This document shows positions 25,988-37,468 of a DNA stretch of 44,538 nucleotides, in pieces; the first letter of the stretch is position 1, and each line of letters starts with the position of its first letter. Where the stretch lies: the NCBI GenBank assembly GCA_003979035.1, contig RXOA01000043.1:1-44538 (forward strand). The letters are read 5' to 3'. Both the position numbers and the translations under genes were made by a program. Source of the stretch: Candidatus Bipolaricaulota bacterium (GTDB taxonomy: Bacteria > Bipolaricaulota > Bipolaricaulia > UBA7950 > UBA9294). Under the pieces are notes generated by a model. It did no database searches. It saw nothing but the letters and a program-made list of their open reading frames with translations, and had not been told where the DNA came from.

Positions 25988-26272
25988 CTACGTCAGGCCG
26001 GGAGCGCGCTTCTTCTTCATTCCGCCGTGCGTACGGAATGAGCGCGTCGGCGCGAACTCGCCGAGCTTGTGCCCCACCATGTTTTCGACGACCGCCACCG
26101 GGACGAAGATCTTCCCGTTGTGCACGCCGATCGTCAGCCCAACCATTTCCGGTGTAATCATTGAAGACCGCGACCAGGTCTTGATCTCCTTCAATTCGCC
26201 GCGCTTGGCTCGTGCGACCTTCGTAAGGAGACTGTCCTTGATGTACGGTCCTTTCTTCGTCGACCTCGGCAT
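25988..26272 (-). CDS. rpsS: 30S ribosomal protein S19
   Basis: [11 protein letters not shown] and [17 protein letters not shown]. Confidence 0.95.
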   Translation of the reverse strand: MPRSTKKGPYIKDSLLTKVARAKRGELKEIKTWSRSSMITPEMVGLTIGVHNGKIFVPVAVVENMVGHKLGEFAPTRSFRTHGGMKKKRAPGLT

Positions 26273-26287
26273 CCACGCCTCCTTGAC

Positions 26288-27124
26288 TTACCGTCGTCCC
26301 TTGCCGGCACGACGCACGATCAGCGCACTGCTTGCCTTTCGCTTCTTTCTGGTACGACCGCCCTTGGCCAGCTTGCCCGTCGGCGACACCTGGGGACGCC
26401 CGACGCGCGCGCGCCCTTCACCGCCACCATGTGGATGGTCGACCGGATTCATGGCCACGCCTCGGACATGGGGCTTGCGGCCCAAATGTCTCACACGGCC
26501 GGCCTTTCCGTGTTTGATGTTCTTGTGATCGGGATTGGAGACCTCGCCGATTGTCGCCGTGCACGCCGTCTTGAAGATTCTCACTTCGCCAGATGGCATC
26601 CGGACGTGCGCCCGACCGCCCTCGCGGCCGATCAGCTTGGCTGATGTCCCCGCCGATCTCGCAATCTTGCCGCCGCCACCGGGGCGAAATTCGAGGTTGT
26701 GGACCACTGCACCCACGGGGATGCGTTGAAGCGACATGCTGTTCCCAACGCGAACCTCCGCCGTCTCTCCCGCCTCAACCGTGGAACCGATCTCCAACGC
26801 GATCGGCGCGAGAATGTAGCGTTTCTCACCATCCGCGTAGTTCAAGAGCGTGATCCAGGAAGAGCGATTGGGATCATACTCGCGGGTCATGACTCGCGCA
26901 GGAATTCCCACCTTGTCCCGCGCAAAGTCGATCACGCGATAGCGTCGCTTGTGTCCTCCACCGCGGAACCGCGACGTAATCCTGCCCTGCTGATTACGTC
27001 CACCCGTCTTGCTGATTGCCTCAAGCAAGCTCTTCTCGGGCGCAACCTTGCTGAGCCCCGAATAGTCCGGAAGATCAGCATGCCGGCGTCCCGGCGATGT
27101 CGGTGTATACCTTCTTGTCGGCAC
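26288..27124 (-). CDS. rplB: 50S ribosomal protein L2
   Basis: YTPTSPGRR and MNPVDHPHGGGEGR. GTG start. Confidence 0.95.
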   Translation of the reverse strand: MPTRRYTPTSPGRRHADLPDYSGLSKVAPEKSLLEAISKTGGRNQQGRITSRFRGGGHKRRYRVIDFARDKVGIPARVMTREYDPNRSSWITLLNYADGEKRYILAPIALEIGSTVEAGETAEVRVGNSMSLQRIPVGAVVHNLEFRPGGGGKIARSAGTSAKLIGREGGRAHVRMPSGEVRIFKTACTATIGEVSNPDHKNIKHGKAGRVRHLGRKPHVRGVAMNPVDHPHGGGEGRARVGRPQVSPTGKLAKGGRTRKKRKASSALIVRRAGKGRR

Positions 27125-27127
27125 GGC

Positions 27128-27427
27128 CTAGCCTCCCACGATATCAATTCGGTCGCCCGGGGCGACACGGACAATCGCCTTCCGCCAGCGCGACGTACGC
27201 CCATGCAGCTGATTCAGCCGCTCGCGCCGAGGTTTCCCATTCATGTTCGCAGTCCAGACCTTCTCAACCTTCACGCCGAAGAGTTCCTCCACGGCTTTTC
27301 TGATCTGGATCTTGTTCGTTCCCAGTGCAACACGAAACGAGTATTTGCGATCCTCCATCTTGCCCCACGTCTCTTCTGTTAGGATCGGCTCAAGAATGAC
27401 GTCTTCAGCATGGGTCAGCTTCGCCAT
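27128..27427 (-). CDS. rplW: 50S ribosomal protein L23
   Basis: 99 aa with KYSFRVALGTNKIQIRKAVEELFGVKV. Confidence 0.94.
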   Translation of the reverse strand: MAKLTHAEDVILEPILTEETWGKMEDRKYSFRVALGTNKIQIRKAVEELFGVKVEKVWTANMNGKPRRERLNQLHGRTSRWRKAIVRVAPGDRIDIVGG

Positions 27428-27429
27428 GG

Positions 27430-28059
27430 TCAGAACCTCTCCTTCAGCTCATCCAGCGCGGCCTGAGTCATCACCAAGTAATCGTTCCGCAGGATGTCAT
27501 ACACGTTGAGCCCCCGGCATCCGAGGCACTTCACGCGGGGGACATTCGAGAATGATTTCTGAACAGCTCGCGTCCATTCCGCCGTTCCAACGACAATCAA
27601 CGCCGTCGAATCGACTCCCAACCGTTCCAGGAGCGACACGGCCTGCTTTGTCTTCGGAGTTTCCCACGCAATCTTGTCCAACACGATCACACGCGACAGC
27701 GCTGCACGATCGGCAAGGGCCGAGAGCAGGGCTCCGCGTTTCATTTTTTTCGTCAGCTTGACGTGGTAAGTCCGCGGCTTGGGACCGAAAACCGTCCCAC
27801 CACCGACCCAAATAGGTGAACGACGTGAACCGGCTCGCGCTCGGCCTGTTCCCTTCTGCCGCCAAGGTTTCCGTCCACCGCCCTGGACTTCGCCGCGCGT
27901 CTTGGTGGAACTCGTCCCCTGTCGCCGGTTCATCATCTGCATGCGAACGGTCCGATAGAGAAGATCTTTGTTGATCTCGCCGCCGAAAAGCTCGCCATCA
28001 AGCGCGATCCCTTGAGGTTCAGCGCCCCCATCACTCATCCAAAGCTTCGCCTCAACCAT
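27430..28059 (-). CDS. rplD: 50S ribosomal protein L4
   Basis: [32 protein letters not shown] 28059 is preceded by GAGG at 5 nt. Confidence 0.94.
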   Translation of the reverse strand: MVEAKLWMSDGGAEPQGIALDGELFGGEINKDLLYRTVRMQMMNRRQGTSSTKTRGEVQGGGRKPWRQKGTGRARAGSRRSPIWVGGGTVFGPKPRTYHVKLTKKMKRGALLSALADRAALSRVIVLDKIAWETPKTKQAVSLLERLGVDSTALIVVGTAEWTRAVQKSFSNVPRVKCLGCRGLNVYDILRNDYLVMTQAALDELKERF

Positions 28060-28675
28060 GGCGACCTCGCAGTTTGAGCACCGAGCCACGGGCTCCCGGC
28101 GTCGATCCTTTCAGCACGAGCAGGTTTCGCTCTTCATCAACGCGAAGGACCACCAGTCCGCGCACGGTCACTCGCCGCGCGCCCATGTGTCCAGGGAGCT
28201 TCTTTCCCTTGATGACACGTCCGGGGTCAACGCAGTTCCCAACAGATCCTGGGCGTCGATGGAAGTGCGATCCGTGCGACGCAGGTCCACCGGCGAAATT
28301 CCATCGTTTCACAACGCCCTGGAAGCCCAGCCCGCGAGAACGAGATGTGACATCGACCTTCTCACCTTCGGAGAAGATGCTGACGCCAACCGAGTCACCA
28401 ACGCTGTAGTCCGAGGGATCCGCGACACGAACTTCGAAGAGATGCCGAAACGCCGGAACACCGGCCTTGTCGAAATGCCCCTTCATCGGACGGTTCGCCT
28501 TCCGGTCCGGCAGCTCGTCATAGCCGATCTGCACGGCATTATAGCCATCCGTATCTTCCGTCTTAATCTGCACGACGCGACACGGCTCGGCTTCAATGAC
28601 CGTTGCCCCAACAGCACGATCATCCACGAAGACTTGGGTCATTCCGATCTTGCGCGCAAGGATTTCAAGAGCCAT
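28052..28675 (-). CDS. rplC: 50S ribosomal protein L3
   Basis: ILARKIGMTQVF and FQGVVKRWNFAGGPASHGS. Confidence 0.95.
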   Translation of the reverse strand: MALEILARKIGMTQVFVDDRAVGATVIEAEPCRVVQIKTEDTDGYNAVQIGYDELPDRKANRPMKGHFDKAGVPAFRHLFEVRVADPSDYSVGDSVGVSIFSEGEKVDVTSRSRGLGFQGVVKRWNFAGGPASHGSHFHRRPGSVGNCVDPGRVIKGKKLPGHMGARRVTVRGLVVLRVDEERNLLVLKGSTPGARGSVLKLRGRHG

Positions 28676-28690
28676 CCGTCCCGACCTCCG

Positions 28691-28999
28691 TTACAGCTTG
28701 ATCTCGATATCGATCCCCGTCGGAAGTTCAATGTCCATCAAGGCATTGATCGTTTCCGAAGTCGGCTCTTTGATATCGAGCAACCGCGTGTGTATCCGCC
28801 GCTCAAAGTGTTCCATCGAGCGCTTGTCAATATGCGGGGAACGAAGAACCGTGTAGACCCGTCGTTCCGTTGGAAGCGGAATCGGGCCTGCGATCTTGGC
28901 TCTCGTCTCCTTCGCCGACTCCACGATCTTCTTCGTCGAAGACTCGACGAGTTCGTGATCGTAACCTCGCAGCTTGATCCGTATCTTCTCTCTGGCCAT
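28691..28999 (-). CDS. rpsJ: 30S ribosomal protein S10
   Basis: KIRIKLRGYDHELVESS and LRSPHIDKRSMEHFE. Confidence 0.95.
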   Translation of the reverse strand: MAREKIRIKLRGYDHELVESSTKKIVESAKETRAKIAGPIPLPTERRVYTVLRSPHIDKRSMEHFERRIHTRLLDIKEPTSETINALMDIELPTGIDIEIKL

Positions 29000-29001
29000 G
29001 G

Positions 29002-31077
29002 CTAATAACCTCTACTCTTAATGATCGCTTCCCTTTTCCCTTCCGGCACAACTTCATAGCCCGTGACCCGAAGAGAATATGTCGCTCGCCCCTGCGTCAA
29101 CGAACGCAGTCGCGTAGCGTAGCCGAACGTCTCGGCGAGTGGCACGGCGGCTCTGATCACTTGCACGGTTTCCCGCGATTTCAGCTCGCGAATTTCCCCG
29201 CGGCGCCGCGCCAGGTCCTCCATGACTTCACCCAAGTACTCTGACGGAGAAATCACTTCGCCTTCCATGATCGGCTCCAGAAGGTCAAAATGACCTCTCT
29301 CATACGCCGAATGAATGGCAACCGCAGCGGCTGCACGGAAAGCGAGTTCCGTCGAATCAACAGGATGAAAAGAACCACCAATCAGCGTGGCTCCGACATC
29401 GGCCAGAGGATACCCAGCGAGGGGGCCGTTTGTCAACGTCTGCAGCACACCTTCTTCCACAGCGGCTCGAAATCCCTTCGGAACTTGGTCTTGGGAGGCC
29501 GAGCAGCTGAAGCCGATGCCTTGGCCCCGTGGGAGAGGATCGACTCGGATCTCTACGTTGGCGAACTGCCCCCGCCCTCCCGAGGGTCGGTCGAACGTCG
29601 CCTCAACGACGATCGGCTCCCGCAGTGTCTCTCGATACGCGACCTGTGGCTTGCCAACGCGGACCACCACGCCGAATTCGTCGCGCAGGCGACGTAGCAG
29701 GACCTCGAGATGCAGCTCTCCCATTCCGGAGATGATCGTCTGGTTGGTCGTCTCGTCGAACCGAACGTGAAACGTCGGATCTTCTGCGCGCAGCTTGTCC
29801 AGCGCCTCCATCACATCACCGAGTTCGGCCTCTGTTCGCGGTTCCACCGCCGTAAAGACAACCGGCTCCGGGAATTCGATCTTCTCCAACAGGATCGGGT
29901 GTGCCTTGTCGCACAACGTGTCTCCCGTAGAGACGTCCTGAGAGCCGACAATCGCAACGATCTCTCCAGCATCGACCGCTTCGAGCGCGGTTCGATCGTT
30001 GGCATGCATCCGGAAGAGCTTGGTGACCCGTAACCCCTTTTTCGTCGATGCATTCAAGGCATGTCCGCCGGCTTGCAGCCGTCCGGAGTACACCCGGATG
30101 AACACCAGGCGGCCCGCGTAGCGATCGCTCACGACCTTGAATGCCAGCGCCGAGAACGGCTCGTCCGCATCCGCCTGGCGCATTTGCACGCCGTCGACAT
30201 CGGCGACCGGTGGCATATCCGAAGGCGAGGGGAGATACCGAACGACGGCATCGAGAAGAGGCTGGATTCCGATGTTCTGGAACGACGAGCCACCGAGGAC
30301 GGGCACGACCGCATGGGCAATGCATGCCTTCCGAAGACCGTCATGAAACGCATCCTCATCGACCTCCCGGCCGCCGAGATACGCCTCCATGACACGCTCG
30401 TCATACTCCGCGACCGTCTCGATCGTACGTTCTCGGTACAGCTCGACGATCTCACGAAGCTTCTCGGGAATGGGCTGCGAGGTGAAGGTGGTTCCTTGGT
30501 CCTCTGTGCTCCACACGACCAGTTCGCGCCGAACCAGATCGATCATTCCCACAAGACGACGTTCATCATTGCGAAACGGAAGTTGGAGCACGGCCGTGGT
30601 GACGCCAAGCCGCTCCTCGATCATCTGCACGGTTTCTTCGTAGCTGGATTCAACGCGATCGAGCTTGTTGACGAACGCGATTCGCGGGACGTTGTATCGA
30701 TCCGCTTGACGCCATACGGTTTCCGACTGTGACTCCACCATTTCCACGCCCGAGAAAACGACAACCCCTCCGTCCAAGACGCGGAGAGAGCGCTCGACTT
30801 CGGCCGTAAAGTCAACATGACCGGGGGTATCGATAATGTTGATCTGATGATCCAGCCAAGGGCACGTAGTTGCCGCCGACGTGATCGTGATGCCGCGTTC
30901 TCGCTCCTGGGCCATCCAGTCCATTTCGGTATCACCCTCGTGGACTTCCCCCATGCGATGCGTGCGCCCGGAGTAGAACAGGATCCGCTCGGTGGTGGTC
31001 GTCTTCCCGGCGTCGATGTGGGCCATGATGCCGATATTCCGAATCTTGCCTGTGGCAATCGAACGGGCATCGAACAT
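29002..31077 (-). CDS. fusA: elongation factor G
   Basis: IRNIGIMAHIDAGKTTTTERILFYSG G-domain. ATG 31077 is preceded by GAGG at 5 nt; the ORF track extends 12 codons further. Confidence 0.95.
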   Translation of the reverse strand: MFDARSIATGKIRNIGIMAHIDAGKTTTTERILFYSGRTHRMGEVHEGDTEMDWMAQERERGITITSAATTCPWLDHQINIIDTPGHVDFTAEVERSLRVLDGGVVVFSGVEMVESQSETVWRQADRYNVPRIAFVNKLDRVESSYEETVQMIEERLGVTTAVLQLPFRNDERRLVGMIDLVRRELVVWSTEDQGTTFTSQPIPEKLREIVELYRERTIETVAEYDERVMEAYLGGREVDEDAFHDGLRKACIAHAVVPVLGGSSFQNIGIQPLLDAVVRYLPSPSDMPPVADVDGVQMRQADADEPFSALAFKVVSDRYAGRLVFIRVYSGRLQAGGHALNASTKKGLRVTKLFRMHANDRTALEAVDAGEIVAIVGSQDVSTGDTLCDKAHPILLEKIEFPEPVVFTAVEPRTEAELGDVMEALDKLRAEDPTFHVRFDETTNQTIISGMGELHLEVLLRRLRDEFGVVVRVGKPQVAYRETLREPIVVEATFDRPSGGRGQFANVEIRVDPLPRGQGIGFSCSASQDQVPKGFRAAVEEGVLQTLTNGPLAGYPLADVGATLIGGSFHPVDSTELAFRAAAAVAIHSAYERGHFDLLEPIMEGEVISPSEYLGEVMEDLARRRGEIRELKSRETVQVIRAAVPLAETFGYATRLRSLTQGRATYSLRVTGYEVVPEGKREAIIKSRGY

Positions 31078-31115
31078 GGCTACCTCAACAACTCCGGGAA
31101 GACACCGCGACAAGA

Positions 31116-31577
31116 CTACCAGCGATAGTGCGCGAACGCACGGTTTGCTTCTGCCATACGGTGAACGTCGAGCCGCTTGTTGAACGCTTTGCCTTCTTTG
31201 CGGGCGGCATCAAGGATCTCGTTCGCCAGCCGGGCGGCCATGGTTGTTTCGCCGCGATCTCGAGCGGCCTTCACAATCCATCGCAACGCCAACGCGATCT
31301 GGCGATCAGGGGGGACTTCGTATGGAACTTGGTAGTTCGCACCACCGACGCGCCGAGTGCGCACCTCGAGCCGAGGCGAGCAATTCGTGATGGCCGTACT
31401 GAACAAGTCCAGAGCGGGTTCATCTGAGCGCTCGGCAATCCGAGCCATTGCATCGCAGACGATTCTCTCCGCCGCTGTCTTCTTGCCATCACTCATCACG
31501 TAGTTCGTGAGTTTGCCGATCAGCCTGCTATTGTGCTGAACATCAGGGCGAACATCGCGACCGGGTAGTTGCATCAT
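31116..31577 (-). CDS. rpsG: 30S ribosomal protein S7
   Basis: KKTAAERIV and GGANYQVPYEV. The start is ATG 31577 or, more likely given SD spacing, ATG 31574. Confidence 0.94.
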   Translation of the reverse strand: MMQLPGRDVRPDVQHNSRLIGKLTNYVMSDGKKTAAERIVCDAMARIAERSDEPALDLFSTAITNCSPRLEVRTRRVGGANYQVPYEVPPDRQIALALRWIVKAARDRGETTMAARLANEILDAARKEGKAFNKRLDVHRMAEANRAFAHYRW

Positions 31578-31582
31578 TCCTC

Positions 31583-31954
31583 CTAGCCGCTCTTCTTGGT
31601 TCCGTACTTCGAGCGCCCTTGCTGTCGGCCATCGACGCCCTCAGAGTCCATTGTCCCACGCACGATATGATACCGGACACCTGGGAGGTCTTTCACACGT
31701 CCTCCGCGAACCAGGACCATCGAGTGCTCCTGCAGGTTGTGCCCTTCTCCACCGATGTACGCGGTGACTTCTTTACCGTTGCTTAGCCGCACGCGTGCCA
31801 CTTTTCGTAGCGCCGAGTTCGGCTTCTTGGGCGTGCGTGTGTAAACGCGCGTGCAAACGCCGCGCCGCTGTGGACACGACACAAGTGCCGGAGCTTTGGA
31901 CTTTTTTGCCTTGGGCTTGCGGCCCAACCGCACCAACTGGTTAATCGTCGGCAT
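31583..31954 (-). CDS. rpsL: 30S ribosomal protein S12
   Basis: MPTINQLVR...[22 protein letters not shown] 31954 is preceded by GAGGAGG. Confidence 0.95.
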   Translation of the reverse strand: MPTINQLVRLGRKPKAKKSKAPALVSCPQRRGVCTRVYTRTPKKPNSALRKVARVRLSNGKEVTAYIGGEGHNLQEHSMVLVRGGRVKDLPGVRYHIVRGTMDSEGVDGRQQGRSKYGTKKSG

Positions 31955-31977
31955 GTTCCTCCTCAAGTTCGACGCGG

Positions 31978-32006
31978 ATTATAGGAAGGAGCGAAAACCC
32001 TGTCAA
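31978..32006 (-). promoter_or_regulatory. consensus sigma70 promoter TTGACA-N17-TATAAT for rpsL and downstream genes
   Basis: On the minus strand, cTTGACAgggttttcgctccttccTATAATccg. The -35 element is at 32001-32006 and the -10 at 31978-31983. It lies 18 nt after the rpoC stop. Confidence 0.65.
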
Positions 32007-32023
32007 GCCGCATCAGATTCGCA

Positions 32024-35000
32024 TTAGATGTCACTGGCAATACTCTTGTCTTCCTCCAGACTGCTTGTCGGCACTGGGTGCTTGAACCCGGTGCCGGCCG
32101 GAATTCTCTTTCCAACAATGATGCTTGGCTTCAACCCCTGAAGATCATCGACCTCTCCACGCAGCGATGCTTCGGCAAGGACTTTGGTCGTACGCTGGAA
32201 CGAGGCCGCCGAAAGCCAACCCTTGGTCTGAAGCGCCGCGCGAGAGATCCGGAGCAACTCGCGCTCGCCAGCGGGAAGCGCCTTGTCCTCAAGCGGCACA
32301 TCGACGACTTCATCTTCGCGCGCTACGCGGATCTGCGCCACGCTCTCCCGCTCAGCCAGCACCAGGATCTCAGGCGTCAGCGGATCCCCGGCCGCGGCCA
32401 GCAAGCGTCCGGCGACTGCCACATCCTCGGCAAGCGATAGCCCCAGCGATTCTTGACGCAACCGCGCCATGTCTTGATTCCATTGCACAAGCCGGTTGGT
32501 CTCGGCGCGGAACTCCTCAAGCATCACCAGATCACCGATCAGGAAACACGAATCCCCGCGGTCCGTCACCCTGACGTTGTTCAAGATCTGACGGATGATC
32601 ACCTCGAGGTGCTTGTCATTGATGTCCACGCCCTGCGCTTTGTAAACCTTGTGAATCTCCGTAATCAGATAGTGCCTCGTCTTCATGACGCCGGCGAGGT
32701 CAAGAAGAGAGTGCGGAGAAACCACTCCCTTGGTGAGCAGATCTCCTTCGCTGACTTTGTCGCCGGCACGGACGGTAGCCATCATGTCGATCTCTACCAC
32801 GCTCTTGGGGCGAATCGCGACCTGGGCCAACAGGCCATCATCTTCGATCGACTCGACATACACCGTGTCCGTATTCGGGATCTCCAAACGGATGACCCGC
32901 TCTCCCTCGCGTACCGGATCCCCGTACGACTTGAGCGGCGTGAGATCCGAACTCAACGGAATCCGCATTCCTCGGCCGTCAGGGTTGTAGACAAGAATCC
33001 GATCCTCAAGGACCGCGACCGTTCCGTCCCCCTCTGCGGCGATAAAGATCGGCTTCGATCGAGAGGTGAGCTGATCCCCGTGGGAAACCTTCGCTCCCGC
33101 TTCGACCATCATTCTCGCGCCAAAGGCGATCTCATATTCCTGAATCTCACCGCCGCCGCTTACAAGCTGGAAAACGCGTTCCCGATCCTCCGGGACCACG
33201 ATGGTCCCTCCGCGATCGGCAACCACGGCCTCGACATGGAATCGTTCCGTGATTGCCTCCGTGGCTTCCACACGATCTCCGTCTTTGACATTGGGAGCCA
33301 CGCCCGAAGGGAGAAGATAGGCACGATCTCCGCCTGCCGTGTCAAGAACGAGAAGCTCTCGCTCGGCGCCTGTACCGATCAAGTACACTTCTCCGGCACA
33401 TGGGCTCGATGCGTTGATCAGCTCGTCGACCGTCATGTCCGCGCCTGCTTCGGCACGCACGATCTGCGACGGCAGACGAAGCGTTCGCAATTCTCCGACG
33501 ATCTCGACCTCATCCAGCCCGCTCGCAAGCGGTGTCACGCTGGCAACGTGCCCGTCGATCGGAGCAATTCCGGCTTCTTGGCCACTCTTGATCGTCTTGC
33601 GCGCTTCGAACAACTCCTCGGCACGCGGCAACCCCTGCGTGATGTCTTCCCCGGCGACCCCGCCGGTATGGAACGTTCGCATTGTCAGCTGAGTTCCCGG
33701 CTCGCCAACCGACTGGGCAGCGATGACTCCCACAGCGGTCCCCAACTCGACCGGTCTGTGTTGACTCAAGTCGTATCCGTAGCACAGCTGGCAGACACCA
33801 TTCACTGTCTCGCATGTCATTGGAGAACGAATGAGAATCTGGGGACGAACGCGAATCGAGGTGATCTTCGCCGTGTGGAGCATCTCAATCAGACGCGTCG
33901 TCAGGACTTCGTCCGCTTGGACCAGAACCCGATTGCTCTCGGGGTCGCGGACATCTGAGACGCTCTTGGTCCCAAGAAGCCGCTCCGCCTTCTTCCCGGT
34001 TCCCACCGGGAGATCCACTTCCAGCGTCCCGATCAACTCCGCAAGATCGCGGGTGATCCACTGATTGGCTTCAACAAGAATTTCTCCCGACTTCGGGTTG
34101 AGGATCGGGCGGCTGGCAACCCGGCCGTAGACCCGTTCTTCAATCGTCTCCATGATGTCGTTCTTTCCGTATCTCAGCGGATCGATTTCGACACCCTGCG
34201 TCGTGCCGCAGTCTATTTCTCGACTGATCGTATCGGATGAAGCATCGACCAAGCGTCGGGTGAGATAGCCGGAGTCGGCGGTCTTGAGCGCCGTGTCGGC
34301 CGCTCCCTTTCGTCCGCCGTGCGTAGAGATGAAATACTCCATCATGTCCAAGCCTTCGCGGAAATTGGAGATAACCGGCATCTCGATGATCTCTCCCGAG
34401 GGTCCGGCCATCGGTCCGCGCATCCCGCACAACTGCTTCACTTGGTCCGGACCACCTCGAGCGCCCGAGTTCACCATCCCGAAGACCGGGTTATACGGAT
34501 CAGTTCGCAGGTTGGCCATCGTCGCGTCCTCGACCTCGTCAACGGTCTTCCGCCAAATTCGAATCACAGCTTCCTGCCGTTGCTTCTCCGTTGCCAGCCC
34601 CATCTCGTACAGCCGGTTGATCCTCTGCACAGCGGAGTAGGATGTCTTGACGATGTCTTCCTTGTTCGGTGGGATCAGACAGTCCTTGATGGAAATCGTC
34701 AGGCCGGATTGGGTCGCGTACCGGAAGCCAAGATCCTTCAAACTATCCAGCAATTCGGAAGCGCGCGCCCAGCCGAACTGACTGTGGCATTCCATCACCA
34801 GCTTCCGGATCGCGCGCCGGTCCATGACCTTGTTGTAGTCACGGATTTCCTCAGGGACGACCGCGTTCAGTTCCGCCCGTCCGAGCGTCGTCTCGACGAT
34901 CTTGCCGTCGATGCGAATCCGTATCGGACTGTGGAGATCCAGGAACCCACTCTCGTGGGCTCGGAGCGCCTCATCAAGGTCGCGGAACGCCATACCGGCA

Positions 35001-36973
35001 CCCTTGCTCCTCTCATCCAGCAACGTCAGGTAGTAGTAGGCGTAAATCGGATCCTGCGTGGGAAGGCTGAGAGGCTCGCCGCTCGAAGGAGAAAGAATGT
35101 TACGCGGTGCAGCCATCAGCTCTCGAGCCTCACGGATCGCTTCTTCTGAGAGGGGAAGGTGAACCGCCATCTGATCGCCATCGAAGTCGGCATTGTACGG
35201 CGGACACACCAGCGGGTGTATGTGAATCGCTTCTCCATCGACCAGGATCGGCTCGAACGATTGCATCGACAGACGATGCAGTGTCGGCGCGCGATTGAGA
35301 AGAACGGGATGATCCTTGATCAGCTTCTCGAGAATATCCCAGACTTCCGGCATTTCGCCGCGCATCGCTCGGTTCTTGATCTCGTCGAAATCCGAGAAAG
35401 TCGTGGTCTCAAGATGGTGAAGAATAAACGGCTTGAACAGCTCGAGCGCCATCTTCTTCGGGATACCGCACTGAGAGAGCTTCAGCTTGGGATCGACGAC
35501 GATCACGGCACGCCCCGAATAATCCACACGGCGCCCAAGCAAATTGCGTCGCAGACGTCCGTGCTTCCCGTGTATCCGCTCCGACATCGACTTCAAGGGC
35601 CGGTTGTCGCGACCACGAATCGGGTTCTCCTTCTTCTCGTTGTGAATCAAGGCATCGACCGCTTCTTGCAGCATGCGGCGCTCATTGCGGAGGATGACTT
35701 CCGGCGCTCCCATATCGATGAGTTTCTTGAGACGGTTGTTGCGGTTGATGATTCGGCGATAAAGATCGTTCAGATCTGTGGTCGCGAATTTTCCACCTTC
35801 GAGCTGGATCATCGGCCGCAATGCCGGTGGAAGCACCGGGATGACGTCAAGGATCATGTCCGACGGGCTGTTGCCGGAGTCACGGAGCTGATCGACCACT
35901 TCAAGCCGCTTGATGTATCGGCGGCGGTTTCCTTCTGCCGTTTCGGTGCGAATCCGTTCCGTCAGATCTTCGTGAAGCTCGTCAAGATCAAGCACCTCAA
36001 GAAGCCCTTTCAGGCCCCCTGCACCTGTCATCGCGACAAAACCATCAGGGTACACGCGCTCGTACGCACGCTTGGACAGATAAGTTAGGGTCTCGCCCGG
36101 CTTCAGCGGTACGTCAGGGTTCTTGATCCGTGTGACCAGGAACACGAGCGTATCAAGGATCTCCCGATCGAGAACCTCGCCTTCGACGCCCTCGCCGTAT
36201 CGGTCCACAAGCATGTCAAACGCGGTTTTCGCACAAACATCTCCGGCGCAGCGCTCGGCGATAATGGCGCCTTCCTCAATCTCATCACCGTCTTCTAGCA
36301 GGATCTGAACATCGCCGACAATCGGATACTCCTGCGCTCCGATAACCACGGTGCGGACAGGTTCACCACTTGTCAGCTTGCGCTCTTCGAGCGTCACGCG
36401 GCCCCCATCTTCGGCAACCACACGGGGGGCGTCGGAAACGAAGTACGCCTGCTCAACCTCGAACGAGAACGCCTTCGTCAGCACATCGACTTCGGTGCCG
36501 TAAAGCATTTCCCCAACGCGGACTTCCTTGTTGTCCGAAGACGTTACGACCCATACGCTTTCTTCGATCGGTTCCGTTTCGTAGTAGGCGATGCGATGAA
36601 GCTCCCGCTTCTTCATCCCGAGCAGACGACTTAAGAGACTTGAGACTCCCTTCAAGAACCAGAAATGAACGACGGGGCTGGCAAGCGAGATGTGGGCCAT
36701 ATTGACCCGGCGCACCGAAGAATCGGTGACAAGGACGTGGCACTTCTCACAGGTAATCCCTTCGTATTTCTTGCCCTTGTACTTTCCACATGCGCACTCG
36801 TAGTCGTTGTCGGGACCGAAGATCTCCTCAGCATAGAGACCACCCCGTTCGGCTCGATGAGTCCGGTAGTTGATCGTCTCGGATTCGGTGATTTCGCCGT
36901 GAGACCATCCAATCATCACCGATGGCGAAGCCAGTTGTAGCTTGACACGCTTGATGTCATCCCCGGAAATCAA
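32024..36973 (-). CDS. rpoC: DNA-directed RNA polymerase subunit beta-prime (about 1650 aa)
   Basis: ETINYRT, zinc site CACGKY...[16 protein letters not shown], and trigger loop [26 protein letters not shown]. Probable start is TTG 36973, with AGGGAGG 5 nt upstream, giving [17 protein letters not shown]. The longest ORF starts at GTG 37039. Confidence 0.93.
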   Translation of the reverse strand: MISGDDIKRVKLQLASPSVMIGWSHGEITESETINYRTHRAERGGLYAEEIFGPDNDYECACGKYKGKKYEGITCEKCHVLVTDSSVRRVNMAHISLASPVVHFWFLKGVSSLLSRLLGMKKRELHRIAYYETEPIEESVWVVTSSDNKEVRVGEMLYGTEVDVLTKAFSFEVEQAYFVSDAPRVVAEDGGRVTLEERKLTSGEPVRTVVIGAQEYPIVGDVQILLEDGDEIEEGAIIAERCAGDVCAKTAFDMLVDRYGEGVEGEVLDREILDTLVFLVTRIKNPDVPLKPGETLTYLSKRAYERVYPDGFVAMTGAGGLKGLLEVLDLDELHEDLTERIRTETAEGNRRRYIKRLEVVDQLRDSGNSPSDMILDVIPVLPPALRPMIQLEGGKFATTDLNDLYRRIINRNNRLKKLIDMGAPEVILRNERRMLQEAVDALIHNEKKENPIRGRDNRPLKSMSERIHGKHGRLRRNLLGRRVDYSGRAVIVVDPKLKLSQCGIPKKMALELFKPFILHHLETTTFSDFDEIKNRAMRGEMPEVWDILEKLIKDHPVLLNRAPTLHRLSMQSFEPILVDGEAIHIHPLVCPPYNADFDGDQMAVHLPLSEEAIREARELMAAPRNILSPSSGEPLSLPTQDPIYAYYYLTLLDERSKGAGMAFRDLDEALRAHESGFLDLHSPIRIRIDGKIVETTLGRAELNAVVPEEIRDYNKVMDRRAIRKLVMECHSQFGWARASELLDSLKDLGFRYATQSGLTISIKDCLIPPNKEDIVKTSYSAVQRINRLYEMGLATEKQRQEAVIRIWRKTVDEVEDATMANLRTDPYNPVFGMVNSGARGGPDQVKQLCGMRGPMAGPSGEIIEMPVISNFREGLDMMEYFISTHGGRKGAADTALKTADSGYLTRRLVDASSDTISREIDCGTTQGVEIDPLRYGKNDIMETIEERVYGRVASRPILNPKSGEILVEANQWITRDLAELIGTLEVDLPVGTGKKAERLLGTKSVSDVRDPESNRVLVQADEVLTTRLIEMLHTAKITSIRVRPQILIRSPMTCETVNGVCQLCYGYDLSQHRPVELGTAVGVIAAQSVGEPGTQLTMRTFHTGGVAGEDITQGLPRAEELFEARKTIKSGQEAGIAPIDGHVASVTPLASGLDEVEIVGELRTLRLPSQIVRAEAGADMTVDELINASSPCAGEVYLIGTGAERELLVLDTAGGDRAYLLPSGVAPNVKDGDRVEATEAITERFHVEAVVADRGGTIVVPEDRERVFQLVSGGGEIQEYEIAFGARMMVEAGAKVSHGDQLTSRSKPIFIAAEGDGTVAVLEDRILVYNPDGRGMRIPLSSDLTPLKSYGDPVREGERVIRLEIPNTDTVYVESIEDDGLLAQVAIRPKSVVEIDMMATVRAGDKVSEGDLLTKGVVSPHSLLDLAGVMKTRHYLITEIHKVYKAQGVDINDKHLEVIIRQILNNVRVTDRGDSCFLIGDLVMLEEFRAETNRLVQWNQDMARLRQESLGLSLAEDVAVAGRLLAAAGDPLTPEILVLAERESVAQIRVAREDEVVDVPLEDKALPAGERELLRISRAALQTKGWLSAASFQRTTKVLAEASLRGEVDDLQGLKPSIIVGKRIPAGTGFKHPVPTSSLEEDKSIASDI

Positions 36974-37111
36974 TCGATCCTCCCTCACACTCCCGCCGAA
37001 CAGCGGCACCGCCGCTGACGACAATCCCCGACAACGCACCCCACATTCCGCCTTGAATCGACCTGCTCGGGATGCGCCACATCATCCTGTTGATCTGGGA
37101 TGCTCGTCCGG

Positions 37112-37312
37112 TCATGTTCCAGTTCGCTTGCCATCGCGACGATCCGTTGTGTAGTATCCGCCGCCCTTGTAGATGACTCCAACACGCGGCAAGAGCCGAC
37201 GGCTTGCTTCCTGCCCACATTCCGGGCAGATCGCAACCGATCGATCGCCGTTCTGTTGCAGCACCTTGAACTTGGCCCCACACCCATCGCACTCGTACCG
37301 ATAAAAAGGCAT
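37112..37312 (-). CDS. FmdB-family zinc-ribbon protein (66 aa)
   Basis: MPFYRYECDGCGAKFKVLQ...CPECG is the CxxC...CxxC signature. GGGGAGG precedes ATG 37312; the ORF track extends 27 codons further. Confidence 0.75.
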   Translation of the reverse strand: MPFYRYECDGCGAKFKVLQQNGDRSVAICPECGQEASRRLLPRVGVIYKGGGYYTTDRRDGKRTGT

Positions 37313-37468
37313 AGCCTCCCCTGATTTGACGACAAGGGATTCCGGCAAAACCCTTTGCTCTGGGAAGTGGAGCACCATGCACAGATGCTTCAACGCCCCG
37401 CCACTTTGATTCCTGAGAGTGTACAGCTTCGAGAAGCGCTCCTCAACCCCTGAGCGCGAGCAGATCCA

